A stretch of DNA of 64,000 nt. Source: Acidobacteriota bacterium. GTDB lineage: Bacteria > Acidobacteriota > Vicinamibacteria > Vicinamibacterales > CAVVIG01. This document shows positions 1-10,320 of the stretch, piece after piece (the first letter of the stretch is position 1; each line of letters starts with the position of its first letter). The notes beneath the pieces were generated by a model that was not told the origin of the DNA, searched no databases, and worked only from the letters and a program-made list of their open reading frames with translations. Position numbers and translations under genes: made by a program. Location: the NCBI GenBank assembly GCA_018268955.1, contig JAFDVO010000035.1:27427-91426 (forward strand), in the 5' to 3' direction.

Positions 1-28
1 CATCGCCATCCCCGGCGAGCCCTAGCGC

Positions 29-1261
29 GTGCTGTCGTTCCTCCTCTCGCTCGTGCTGTTCGGCCAGCCCGCGCCCGAACATGTCGTAGGCGTTCGCATC
101 CAGGGCAACACGCTCACGTCCGACGCGGCCATCGAGCAGATGGCCGATGTCCCTCCGGGGACTGCCGTGACGCCGACGCTCATCGCTGACGTGGAGGCAC
201 GGCTGAAGGCACGCGGCCGCTTCGAGCGGGTCGAAATCCTCAAGCGGTACGCCTCGATTTCAGACCTCTCCCAGATCCTCCTCGTCATCGTCGTCGACGA
301 AGGCCGGGTGGCGATCGCGCCGATGAAGAACGGTCAGCCGGCACGGGCGGTGCGGAGGCGCGGTCCACCGCTCATGTACCTGCCGATACTCGGGTCGGAC
401 GAAGGCTACGGGTTTACCTATGGCGCACTCGTCTCGATGCCGAACGTCGCCGGCCCGAGAACGCGCGTGTCGATTCCGCTCACGTGGGGCGGCGAGCGGC
501 GTGTGGGCGCTGAGGTCGAGAAGCGGCTCGATACGCCGCGACTCACCAGGCTGCGGACCGGCGGATCGTTGATCCGTCGTGAGAACCAGGCGCTCGATGC
601 GGTCGACACGCGTGCGCAGATCTGGGTGCGCGGCGAACGCGAAATCGTGCGGGCCCTGCGCGCAGGTGCATGGGGGGGATTCGATCGTGTGGCGTTCGGG
701 CCCGACACGCAGGTCGTCCGACGAGCCGGCGTGGACGTCGCGCTCGACACCCGCGTGGACCCGATGCTCTCTCGGAACGCGGTGTTCGTCCGCGGGTCGC
801 TCGAGCGGCTCGGACTCGACGATGGCCGCGCGCCGATCCGTACCATTCTCGATGCGAACCTCTACCTGCCAGGATTCGGTGCCAGCACCATTGCACTCCG
901 CGCCTATCGCGACGGAGTGAACGAGCCTGTGCCTGGGTTCCTGCAGGTGCTGCGTGGCCGCGAGTCGACCCTGCGTGGGTTCAGGGCGGGAGAAGTGGCC
1001 GGCGATTCAACAGCCGCCGGGTCCATCGAACTGCGAGTGCCGGTGACGAACCCGCTGAGCCTCGGCAAGCTCGGCGTCCGTGCCTTCGTCGATGCGGCCG
1101 CGGTGTATGACGCGGGCGCCCGTTTCGCCGATCAGCGGTTCGATCGAGGGGTGGGCGGCGGCGTCTGGTTCACCGCAACGGTCCTTCGGCTCGCGCTCGA
1201 TGTCGCGCACGGCTCCAATGGCTCGACGCGCGTGCAGGTCAGCTCAGGGCTGCTCTTCTGA
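29..1261 (+). CDS. Omp85/BamA-family outer-membrane protein (single POTRA + surface-antigen beta-barrel)
   Basis: 410-aa ORF with an in-frame stop at 23-25 just upstream. Hydrophobic N-terminus. POTRA-like segment [16 protein letters not shown]...[13 protein letters not shown]-terminus ends in the aromatic SSGLLF typical of beta-barrel OMPs. Confidence 0.6.
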   Translation: MLSFLLSLVLFGQPAPEHVVGVRIQGNTLTSDAAIEQMADVPPGTAVTPTLIADVEARLKARGRFERVEILKRYASISDLSQILLVIVVDEGRVAIAPMKNGQPARAVRRRGPPLMYLPILGSDEGYGFTYGALVSMPNVAGPRTRVSIPLTWGGERRVGAEVEKRLDTPRLTRLRTGGSLIRRENQALDAVDTRAQIWVRGEREIVRALRAGAWGGFDRVAFGPDTQVVRRAGVDVALDTRVDPMLSRNAVFVRGSLERLGLDDGRAPIRTILDANLYLPGFGASTIALRAYRDGVNEPVPGFLQVLRGRESTLRGFRAGEVAGDSTAAGSIELRVPVTNPLSLGKLGVRAFVDAAAVYDAGARFADQRFDRGVGGGVWFTATVLRLALDVAHGSNGSTRVQVSSGLLF

Positions 1262-1639
1262 GCGTGTCAGTTCGTGCGTCGTGATGAGGTGGTCCTGGAC
1301 CGGATTGCCGGCAATCAGGTGCTCCTGGATGATGCGCTCGAGCACCGGCGGGTCGCACTCGCCGTACCAGGTGCCTTCCGGGTAGACCACCGCAATCGGT
1401 CCGCCTTCGCAGATGCGCAGGCAGTTCGCCTTCGTGCGCAGCACCCCACCCTGTTCCGAAAGGCCCAGCGCTTTCAGGCGTGCCTTGAGGTAGTCCCACG
1501 CCGCGAGGCTCCTCGCCTTGTCACAGCATTTCGGCGTCGTCTGGTCGCAGCAGAGGAAGATGTGCCGCCTTGCCACCGGCACGCCAATCGACTCGGCCAC
1601 CCGCCGCTGTGCGTCGCTCATCGCATCACCACTCCACAA
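1244..1639 (-). CDS. thioredoxin-like [2Fe-2S] ferredoxin / sucrase-ferredoxin-like protein
   Basis: 131-aa ORF with Cys clusters [13 protein letters not shown] and CLRICEGGP. An alternative ATG at 1621 (MSDAQRR) is possible. Confidence 0.5.
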   Translation of the reverse strand: MWSGDAMSDAQRRVAESIGVPVARRHIFLCCDQTTPKCCDKARSLAAWDYLKARLKALGLSEQGGVLRTKANCLRICEGGPIAVVYPEGTWYGECDPPVLERIIQEHLIAGNPVQDHLITTHELTRSEEQP

Positions 1640-1681
1640 CTTACCAATTCACCAACTCACCAACTCACCCATTGGGTGACG

Positions 1682-2101
1682 TCAAATCATATTGGGACAT
1701 CCCGGCCTGCAGCGGCACGGCATCGTGCGGTCGCCGATGATCGAGTAGTCGTAGGTGAGTTCCTCGCCGCGGCGGATGTTGCGGCCCGCGCGGATCCAGA
1801 TGGTCTTGTCGACCACCTCGAACCAGCAGTTCGGCGTGCACGAGTGATTGATGAAGCGCGCGATGTTGCCACCGACGTTCGCGTCGCGGCTCCAGTTCCG
1901 GTTCACGCGGAACACCCAGATGCAGCCCTCTGCGAGGTAGCGCTCCTCGCGCTCCTCGCTGACGCTGTTGTGAATCAGCTCGCCCGCGTAGTCGATGATG
2001 CGCGTGTTCTTGGAGATGTCCTCGGCCGCGAACACGCCCCATCCCGCGATGTTCGACTTGCGACGGGCGATCTTCGGCAACGGCTTCTGCGATCGAGCCA
2101 T
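1682..2101 (-). CDS. SET-domain protein-lysine methyltransferase-like protein
   Basis: 139 aa carrying GWGVFA, RFINHSCTPNC (NHSCxPN), ELTYDY and a post-SET Cys cluster CRCRPGC. Confidence 0.8.
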   Translation of the reverse strand: MARSQKPLPKIARRKSNIAGWGVFAAEDISKNTRIIDYAGELIHNSVSEEREERYLAEGCIWVFRVNRNWSRDANVGGNIARFINHSCTPNCWFEVVDKTIWIRAGRNIRRGEELTYDYSIIGDRTMPCRCRPGCPNMI

Positions 2102-2264
2102 TCGATCATTCTAGGGGACGGTCGGCGGGGCTGAAGCCCCGCCGCTACGAGGCCTGAATCCTGCGCCGCTGCGGGGGCTGAATCTCTCTGCCACAACCAG
2201 GGATTGGGTTCATCCCCCGGTTCCCGACGCTCCAGTCCTCTTAGGACTGCTGACTTCCAACTTC

Positions 2265-2966
2265 TCAGTTCCGAATTCGGAACGCGGTCATCCAGTTCGC
2301 AACCGTCTCACAAATCCCGCGTTCGATCGCCGCCTGCCCGTCGCGTCCCGCGCGCGCGACCTTGAAGGAATGGTCGCCGCCATCCACAACGTGAATGGTC
2401 GCAGGCGGGTCGAGTCTGCTGAAGAACGGCATCAGCTCCTCCGGGCCGCCGAAGGTGTCGCGGCTGCCCTGTACCACCAGGATCGGACGGCGGATGGATG
2501 CGAGGTGCGCGGTGCGCAGCTGCGCCGGCTTGCCGGGCGGATGCAGCGGGTATCCGAGCAGCACGAGCCCTGCGATCGGCAGCGTGCCCTCGCTCGCGGC
2601 CAGGTGCGTGGCCATCCGGCCACCCATCGACTTGCCGCCGATGAACAGCGCGCGTCGCGCGGATGGAACGCGTGCGAGCACGTCTCGAACCACCGCCGCG
2701 TAGCAGGCTTCGAGCACCGGTGCGCGGTCAGGAAGCTTGCGCCCCTCCGCCATGTAGGGGAAGTCGAAGGTGACGACGTCGAAGCCGAGCACCGCGATGC
2801 CGGTCGCCAACGTCACCATGAACGGATGGCGTTGGCCCGCGCCCGCGCCATGCGCCAGGATGAGAGTGGCCGCCGCCAACTCACCGGCGTTCTCTGCCGC
2901 CGCGTAGTGCCGCGCCGTCACCTCGCGGCCCTCGCCCGACCCGACGCGGAAGGTTACCGTGGACAT
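2265..2966 (-). CDS. alpha/beta hydrolase (dienelactone-hydrolase / KANL3-like fold)
   Basis: 233 aa with nucleophile elbow GKSMGG and a late GGDHSF His motif. Confidence 0.65.
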   Translation of the reverse strand: MSTVTFRVGSGEGREVTARHYAAAENAGELAAATLILAHGAGAGQRHPFMVTLATGIAVLGFDVVTFDFPYMAEGRKLPDRAPVLEACYAAVVRDVLARVPSARRALFIGGKSMGGRMATHLAASEGTLPIAGLVLLGYPLHPPGKPAQLRTAHLASIRRPILVVQGSRDTFGGPEELMPFFSRLDPPATIHVVDGGDHSFKVARAGRDGQAAIERGICETVANWMTAFRIRN

Positions 2967-3043
2967 GGCCTCACTTCCGAGTTCCGAATTCCTGACTTCT
3001 GAATTCCCACGTCTAACGTCTAACTTCTAACGTCTAACTTCCC

Positions 3044-4180
3044 TTAAGCAAACGCCAGCCCGAGCCCGTACGTGATTGCCGCTTCGATGATGCCGACGGC
3101 GGTCATCTCCAGCCCCGATGCCCACCAGGGTCGCGTGGTCACCAGCGCCTTCGAGGCGCCGACCGCGAAGTGGGCCACGGTGCTGATGACGAACGACGCG
3201 ATCACCGCGGGCATGCCGACGGTGAAGAAGAAGGGGATGATCGGGATGAAGCCGCCGATCGCCGTCGAGATGGTCGCCGAAATCGTCGAGCGCAGCGGGT
3301 TGGGGAACGACTCCTCTGACAGCCCAAGCTCCTCGTGGACGAGCGTGCGGAGGAACTGCGTCGGCTCCTTCTGCAGGCGTTCGGCCATCGCGTGCGCCTC
3401 GTCTGGCGAGAACCCCTTCAGCTGATAGAACAGCTCGAGTTCGACGAGCTCCTCGTGCGGATCGGCTTCTATCTCCGCCTGCTCACGAGCGACCTCGGAC
3501 TCGTAGACCTCGCGCTCGGACTTCGACGCGAGGAACGCGCCTGCGCCCATCGAGAGGGCGCTCGCCAGCGTGCCCGCGAGCCCTGCCGCCAGCACCACCT
3601 CGCTGCCCCCGGTGTAGCCCGCCATGCCGGAGACGATGCCGAAGACGGCCCCGAGGCCATCGTTCACGCCGTAGATCGCGTCACCAATCCAGCCCGTGCC
3701 GCGGACGTGCCACCGTTCGCGCCTGAGGATGGTATCCAGCGCCGAGCGTGGCGACGGCATCGCACCACCCGCGAGCCCACGCAGAATCACGGCGTGGTCG
3801 GCTTCCTCGAGCTTCGCTTCCTCGGCGATGCGGCGCTCCTCCGGATCACTGAGCCGCGCCATCAGTGAGTCGTACTCGGCCTCCGCGCGGTTCTCTTCCT
3901 GTTCCAGCCGGTGAAGGACGACGGAGGTGTCGGAGATCCGCTGGAACCAGGTGAGGCCGCGCTCGACGCTGGCGCGATCGGGCCGCCTCCCGGTCGCGAG
4001 CTCGATCCGCGTCGCCCAGCGCTCTGCGTGCGTGTCTTCCTGGTCCGCGAGCCTGTTCAGGATGTCGCGCCGCTTCGGGTCGCGCTCGCGATCCGCGAGA
4101 TGGCGATAGGTGGTGGAGGCCTCCACCTCGCGCCGCCACATCTTCTCGATTGTCGACAGCTGCGGGTGATCGCCAGGCAT
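3044..4180 (-). CDS. VIT1/CCC1-family iron/manganese transporter with N-terminal ferritin-like domain
   Basis: 378 aa. The N-terminal half is helical and rubrerythrin/ferritin-like. The C-terminal half has GVNDGLGAVFGIVSGMAG and several TM helices typical of VIT1. Confidence 0.7.
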   Translation of the reverse strand: MPGDHPQLSTIEKMWRREVEASTTYRHLADRERDPKRRDILNRLADQEDTHAERWATRIELATGRRPDRASVERGLTWFQRISDTSVVLHRLEQEENRAEAEYDSLMARLSDPEERRIAEEAKLEEADHAVILRGLAGGAMPSPRSALDTILRRERWHVRGTGWIGDAIYGVNDGLGAVFGIVSGMAGYTGGSEVVLAAGLAGTLASALSMGAGAFLASKSEREVYESEVAREQAEIEADPHEELVELELFYQLKGFSPDEAHAMAERLQKEPTQFLRTLVHEELGLSEESFPNPLRSTISATISTAIGGFIPIIPFFFTVGMPAVIASFVISTVAHFAVGASKALVTTRPWWASGLEMTAVGIIEAAITYGLGLAFA

Positions 4181-4190
4181 CAGGGCCCTC

Positions 4191-4937
4191 TCAGTGGACG
4201 AAGCGTTCGAAGACGACGACGGTGCCGATGCCGGCTGCGATGAGGAGTACCTGCCGGAGCGAGTTGCGGTCGACCGTGCCTCGATGAAGATCCGGAATCA
4301 GGTCGGACATCGCGATGTAGAGCATGCTGGCGGACGAGAAGGCGAGCACGAACGGCCTGATGCTCGGCAGCACACTGACGGCTGCAAACCCGAGGAGCGA
4401 CCCGGCGACTCCGGCAGCTGCGGACGCCAGGTTGAGGATCAGCGCCCGTCGCCTGGAGTAGCCCGAGTGCAGCAGGATGGCGAAGTCGCCGACCTCCTGC
4501 GGAATCTCGTGCGCGGCGATCGCGATGGCGGTGTTGAGCCCGAGCGGCACCGAGGTCATGACGGCTGCGGCGATGATCGCGCCGTCGATGAAGTTGTGGA
4601 ACGCGTCGCCGAGGATGACGAGCTGCGCGGCAGCACCGTGCACGTGACAGTCGTCCGTGTGGCAATGCCGCAGCAGGACCAGCTTTTCGAGGATGAAGAA
4701 GACGACGATGCCGGCGAGCAGGGAGCCGAGGACCTGTTGGGGCGAGAGCTCGCTGAGCGCCTCAGGGATGAGGCCGAGCAGCGACGCCCCGAGGAGGGCG
4801 CCCACGGCGTAGCTCACCAGCCACGGCACGATGCGTGTCCGGAGCGATTCGTTGAAGAGCAGGAGCGTGGACGCGACGAGCAGTCCACCGAAGCTGCCGA
4901 GGAGGCTCAGCCCCAGGGCAGTGACGAGAAGCGGCAC
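4191..4937 (-). CDS. ZIP-family divalent metal transporter (ZupT-like)
   Basis: 248 aa, polytopic, with HNFIDGAIIAAA and AAHEIPQEVGDFAILL signatures. Confidence 0.8.
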   Translation of the reverse strand: MPLLVTALGLSLLGSFGGLLVASTLLLFNESLRTRIVPWLVSYAVGALLGASLLGLIPEALSELSPQQVLGSLLAGIVVFFILEKLVLLRHCHTDDCHVHGAAAQLVILGDAFHNFIDGAIIAAAVMTSVPLGLNTAIAIAAHEIPQEVGDFAILLHSGYSRRRALILNLASAAAGVAGSLLGFAAVSVLPSIRPFVLAFSSASMLYIAMSDLIPDLHRGTVDRNSLRQVLLIAAGIGTVVVFERFVH

Positions 4938-4946
4938 CGCGACATT

Positions 4947-5987
4947 CTAGCGTGCGACGTACCCGCGCCGCGCGCGCACGCGCCACGCGCGGTTCCTGAC
5001 GTCGACCCGGATGTCGTGCCAGCGGCCGTCGCGCTCGAGGGAGGAGACGTAGCCGAGCGAGTACTGCTTGCTCAATTCGTCGGCGATGCTGGTCGTCGCG
5101 CGACCCAGGTCTCGGCCGGAGCGCACGATCTCGGTGCGCCCGCCGTTCTCCCCCGTCATGTCGCGCAGCGCGACGTCATTGACGTGGTCGTCGCCGCCGG
5201 TGGAAGAGACGCGACCACCCGGCTGTCCGAAGATCTGCGGGAACACCGGCCAGCGACCGCCCGGCGTGCCGGGCATGCGCGGCGGGAATGGCGTCGGTGG
5301 ACGTCCGGGCATGCGGGGCGTCGGCGGCACGCGTCGGTAGTCCTGGATGGCATCTGCGTCGATCCCGATCGCGTAGACGAGCACCGGGCTATCCCGTAGT
5401 GCGTTGCGCACGTCGCGCAGCGTCGCGATGCTCGACGTGTCGTTGCCGTCGGAGATGACCACCAGCGCCTTCTTCTGGTGCTGCCCGCGTGCGGCGAGCG
5501 GAAGCGCTTCAAGGACGGCGTCGTACATCGATGTCCCGCCGTTGGGCGTGATGCGCGACATGGCGCGCGACAGGCTCGCGCGGTCAGTCGTCCAGTCCTG
5601 GACGAGCACCGGATGATCGCTGAAGCGGTAGAGGAAGACCTCGTCGCGCTCGTCGAGCAGGTCGAACACGAACCTGTCCAGTGCGGCGCGAGCGTCGTTG
5701 ATCTTCTCGCCCGCCATGCTGCCGCTGGTGTCGAGGATGATGCCGAGGCTGACCGGTACGCGCTCCGCGCTGAAATACGAGATCTCCTGCTGGATGCCGT
5801 TCTCGAAGATCGAGAAGTCCTCCTGCCGGAGCCCAGGCACGAAGCGCCCCGCGGCATCCGAGACGGTCGCCGTCACGTCGACGAGGTCGACGCCGCTCCG
5901 GAACCGCGGCAGCTCGGGCTGCTGTCCCGAGACCGTCACGGCCGCCGCCACGAACGCCAGCGCCGCCAGCGGTGCGCGCATCCTCAC
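4947..5987 (-). CDS. secreted VWA-domain protein (VWFA-related Acidobacterial-domain type)
   Basis: Signal peptide MRMRAPLAALAFVAAAVTVSG. MIDAS motif ILDTSGSM. Pro-rich linker. C-terminal KQYSLGY...HDIRVDV...ARRGYVA block. Confidence 0.75.
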   Translation of the reverse strand: MRMRAPLAALAFVAAAVTVSGQQPELPRFRSGVDLVDVTATVSDAAGRFVPGLRQEDFSIFENGIQQEISYFSAERVPVSLGIILDTSGSMAGEKINDARAALDRFVFDLLDERDEVFLYRFSDHPVLVQDWTTDRASLSRAMSRITPNGGTSMYDAVLEALPLAARGQHQKKALVVISDGNDTSSIATLRDVRNALRDSPVLVYAIGIDADAIQDYRRVPPTPRMPGRPPTPFPPRMPGTPGGRWPVFPQIFGQPGGRVSSTGGDDHVNDVALRDMTGENGGRTEIVRSGRDLGRATTSIADELSKQYSLGYVSSLERDGRWHDIRVDVRNRAWRVRARRGYVAR

Positions 5988-6102
5988 CGAACCACCTCTT
6001 CGCGCGTGTCCTGCACGTCCCGGCCCTCCCGCACGGCCTGGCTCTCCTGACCTGTCAGCCCCACCTGCCCGACCAGCCCGATGTGCCGTGTCAGCCCAGC
6101 CC

Positions 6103-6151
6103 GCCCAGCCTGCCCAGCCTGCCCAGCCTGCCCAGCCTGCCCAGCCTGCCC
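6103..6151. repeat. (GCCCAGCCT)n 9-bp tandem repeat, about 5.4 copies
   Basis: Units read directly at 6103, 6112, 6121, 6130 and 6139, followed by a partial copy. Confidence 0.9.
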
Positions 6152-6373
6152 TAAGTGTGAACGCCCCCGATCGAGCAAAAGGACTGCCGGCAAAAGCCCG
6201 AGGAATTTGCCAGCGAGCGCGCCCGACCGTCGCCCTTTCAGTCCGACGAGCTGTGCTCGTCTGGCGACAACGGCGCGGGGCCGGGCAAGGGCGGGAGGGT
6301 CGCGAGGGGAAGGTCGGGAGGGTCGGGGGGCCGGGAGGGCCGGGAAACAGAACTTCCCGTTAGACTGTCCCGC

Positions 6374-7147
6374 ATGTCCTCATCCTTTTCCGGCAAGTCA
6401 GTTGTCGTTACCGGTGCGACCAGCGGGATCGGCCGCGCTGCGGCCCTTGAGTTCGTGACGCGCGGCGCGCGGGTGCTGCTGGTCGGGCGCAGCGAATCCG
6501 CGCTGGCCGAGGTCTCCGCGGAGGCAGGCGCCGCTGACGGATCCGTACGGACCATCGCTGTCGATATCACGACCGACGATGCGGCGGAGCGGATCGTCGC
6601 GACCGCGGAAGCGGCATTCGGCGGGGTGGACGTGCTGGTGAATGCGGCGGGCGTCATCGCGACCGGCACTATCGAGAACACTGACGATACGAAGTGGGAC
6701 GCGATGATGGACGTGAACGTGCGCGCCCCGTTCCGCCTGATGCGCGCGGCGGTGCCGCACCTGAAGGCGCGCAAGGGATGCGTCGTGAACGTCTCGAGCG
6801 TGAACGGCCTGCGGGCCTTCGCCGGCGTGCTCGCCTACAACGTGAGCAAGGCCGCCATGGATCACCTCACGCGATGCGCGGCGCTGGAGATGGCGCCGTT
6901 CGGCGTGCGCGTCAACTGCGTGAACCCGGGGGTGACGATCACCAACCTGCATCGCCGTGGCGGCATGGACGAAGCGGCCTACGCCACATTCCTGCAGCGC
7001 GCGAAGGAGACGCACCCGCTCGGGCGCCCCGGCCAGCCCGAGGAGGTCGCCGCGATGATCGTGTTCCTCGCGTCAGAGGACGCCGGCTGGATGACCGGCG
7101 AGACGATCCCGGTGGATGGGGGAAGGCACCTGACCTGTCTCAGGTAG
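6374..7147 (+). CDS. SDR-family oxidoreductase (FabG-like)
   Basis: 257 aa with TGATSGIGRAAA (TGxxxGIG), NAAG and YNVSKAA (YxxxK). Confidence 0.85.
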   Translation: MSSSFSGKSVVVTGATSGIGRAAALEFVTRGARVLLVGRSESALAEVSAEAGAADGSVRTIAVDITTDDAAERIVATAEAAFGGVDVLVNAAGVIATGTIENTDDTKWDAMMDVNVRAPFRLMRAAVPHLKARKGCVVNVSSVNGLRAFAGVLAYNVSKAAMDHLTRCAALEMAPFGVRVNCVNPGVTITNLHRRGGMDEAAYATFLQRAKETHPLGRPGQPEEVAAMIVFLASEDAGWMTGETIPVDGGRHLTCLR

Positions 7148-7161
7148 AAGGGCGTTTGCGG

Positions 7162-7250
7162 AAATGCAGCAATGCAGCAATGCCAGAATGCAGAAGCGCG
7201 AGACCAGCGCCCGCCGGGTGCATTCCTGCATTCGGCGTTCCTGCATTGCG
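7162..7250. terminator. inverted word-repeat hairpin between convergent genes (possible bidirectional terminator)
   Basis: The left arm gaaatgcagcaatgcagcaatgccagaatgcagaa pairs imperfectly with the right arm gtgcattcctgcattcggcgttcctgcattgcg. It lies between the SDR stop (7147) and the methyltransferase stop (7268). There is no clear U-tract. Confidence 0.4.
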
Positions 7251-7267
7251 AGAGGTAGCGGAGCGCC

Positions 7268-7822
7268 CTAGTTCCGTGCCTTGGTCCCCTCGACGAACCT
7301 GAGCCCCTCTTTTTCGCCGAGCACGCGGACGAAGCGGCAGCCGCCGGCCTTGAGTGCGGGTTCCGCATCGAAGAGCGGACCTTTGTTGCCGCCCAGCAAC
7401 GCGGCGAGCCCCTCGGCTGGCATCGCGCTGATGACGAGCACACGCCCGCCAGGCTTCAGGATCCGGATCGCGTCGGCAACGATGGCGGCCTGCGTGCCTG
7501 GCTCCTCCGACGCGAACTGTCGCTGCGCATCGTCGATCACGACGAGATCGAAGTCCGTGTCCTGGATCGGGAGCGCGGTGGGTGGCGCGACCTCCACCTC
7601 GATGAGGACACCGAGCTTTTCGCCCCCCTTGCGTGCGCGCACGGCGGCCGCGACATCCGGCACCACGGCGACGGCACGCCCGGACAGGCCGACCTTCGCG
7701 GAGACCGCCGCGAGCGCGCCGCCATCGCCGCAGCCGATCTGCAGCAGGCGGTCGCCCATCTTCACGCCGGTCATGCCGACGACGAGCATATACGGGTTGG
7801 CTTTTCCGCGCAGGGAGAACAT
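7268..7822 (-). CDS. class I SAM-dependent methyltransferase (small, 184 aa)
   Basis: LLQIGCGDGG motif I and ILKPGGRVLV. Start set at the ATG at 7822 (MFSLRG). The longer 623-aa ORF upstream is antisense to ino1 and was rejected. Confidence 0.65.
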   Translation of the reverse strand: MFSLRGKANPYMLVVGMTGVKMGDRLLQIGCGDGGALAAVSAKVGLSGRAVAVVPDVAAAVRARKGGEKLGVLIEVEVAPPTALPIQDTDFDLVVIDDAQRQFASEEPGTQAAIVADAIRILKPGGRVLVISAMPAEGLAALLGGNKGPLFDAEPALKAGGCRFVRVLGEKEGLRFVEGTKARN

Positions 7823-7849
7823 CAACCGTTGATGATATAGTTTTTCTTC

Positions 7850-9163
<1,314 letters not shown>

Positions 9164-9240
9164 GCAATCTCAGATTGCCAATTGCTGATTGAGGGCGGGA
9201 CTGGGCGCTCGCGCCGTCCCGCGCGGCTCTGAGACACGAA

Positions 9241-9276
9241 CGGCCTGACCAGGTTCCATCCGGTCAGGCCGTTTTT
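9241..9276 (+). terminator. rho-independent terminator after ino1
   Basis: CGGCCTGACC (9241-9250) pairs with GGTCAGGCCG (9262-9271) and is followed by TTTTT. Confidence 0.75.
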
Positions 9277-9378
9277 CGTTTCTGGAGCACGCCCTCGTCT
9301 CTGTCCAACCAGGAAGTAAGGACCATGTGTGTTGCCGTGCGATGATGAGCCGCGGCGGTTCGGCAGTGAGGAGCCCTT

Positions 9379-9819
9379 ATGAAGCTGCAAAGGCTTGACG
9401 ACGCAATCGAGGCGAGCCACCGTGCGCTCGCGGCCATCATCCGCGGCGACCTCGAGCCGTTCATGGCGCTGTACTCGGATGCGGACGACATCACCATCGG
9501 CAATCCCTTCGGACCGTTTGCCATCGGGCGCGACGCCACGAGAGCCGCCGGCACCCGTGCCGCCAGCAACTACAGGGACGGCGAGATTGTCGGCTTCGAT
9601 CGCATCGCCACTCACGAGGCCGATACGTTGGCGTGCGTGGTGGAAGTCGAACGCTTCTCGGTTCGGCTGGCGAACGCGACCGAGCAGGCGTCCGTCGCAC
9701 TGCGTGTGACCAGCCTGTATCGGCGCGACGCGGACGGCTGGCGGCTCGTGCACCGCCACGCGGACCCGATCACCAGCGTCCAGCCCGCGCAGTCGGTCGC
9801 GCGCGCAACGCAGGCGTAG
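9379..9819 (+). CDS. SnoaL-like / NTF2-fold (DUF4440-like) protein
   Basis: 146 aa. The size and the ...WRLVHRHADP C-terminal motif are typical of ketosteroid-isomerase-like proteins. Confidence 0.45.
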   Translation: MKLQRLDDAIEASHRALAAIIRGDLEPFMALYSDADDITIGNPFGPFAIGRDATRAAGTRAASNYRDGEIVGFDRIATHEADTLACVVEVERFSVRLANATEQASVALRVTSLYRRDADGWRLVHRHADPITSVQPAQSVARATQA

Positions 9820-9865
9820 CTCCCACACTGACCGCCCATCGGCGGAGAGGTAAGCAGGCCAAACG

Positions 9866-10207
9866 ATGACGAAGTACCTCATTTCATTCCCCGCATGCGC
9901 GATGGACATTCCTGCCGAGGACCTTGCCGCCGTCAGCGACGCTTCGCACGAGGTGATGCGCGAGGCGAAAGCTGCAGGCGTGTACGTCTTCGGCGGTGGC
10001 ATCAACGCGGATGTCGCGCCACTCATGGTCGCGTCCGACGGCACCATCACCAACGAGACCTATCCCCAGACGAAGGAGTTCGACGGCGGCTTCTGCGTCC
10101 TGCAGCTCCCGTCGCGCGAGGCAGCCATCATGTGGGCTGCCAGAATCGCGAAAGCCTGCCGCTGCGCGCAGGAACTCCGCGAGTTCGGGTACGACCCCGA
10201 GAGCTGA
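9866..10207 (+). CDS. YciI-like / DGPF-domain protein
   Basis: 113 aa with a YLISF start and an AGVYVFGGGI block. Weak recognition. Confidence 0.4.
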   Translation: MTKYLISFPACAMDIPAEDLAAVSDASHEVMREAKAAGVYVFGGGINADVAPLMVASDGTITNETYPQTKEFDGGFCVLQLPSREAAIMWAARIAKACRCAQELREFGYDPES

Positions 10208-10320
10208 CGGGTGAAGTGCACATGAGGAAGGCGCGGTCAGGGCCAGCCCTTCCGCGACAGCAACAGGCACGCCGGGCCCGTGACACCCGCCGCCTTTCCA
10301 TCCGCGTGTAGAATCGCGGC

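Noticed and set aside
1244-1261. 18-nt 3'-end overlap of the convergent Omp85-family and ferredoxin-like genes.
   Set aside because: It is probably real, but such short convergent overlaps are common in compact GC-rich genomes. Nothing in the overlap suggests a special function.
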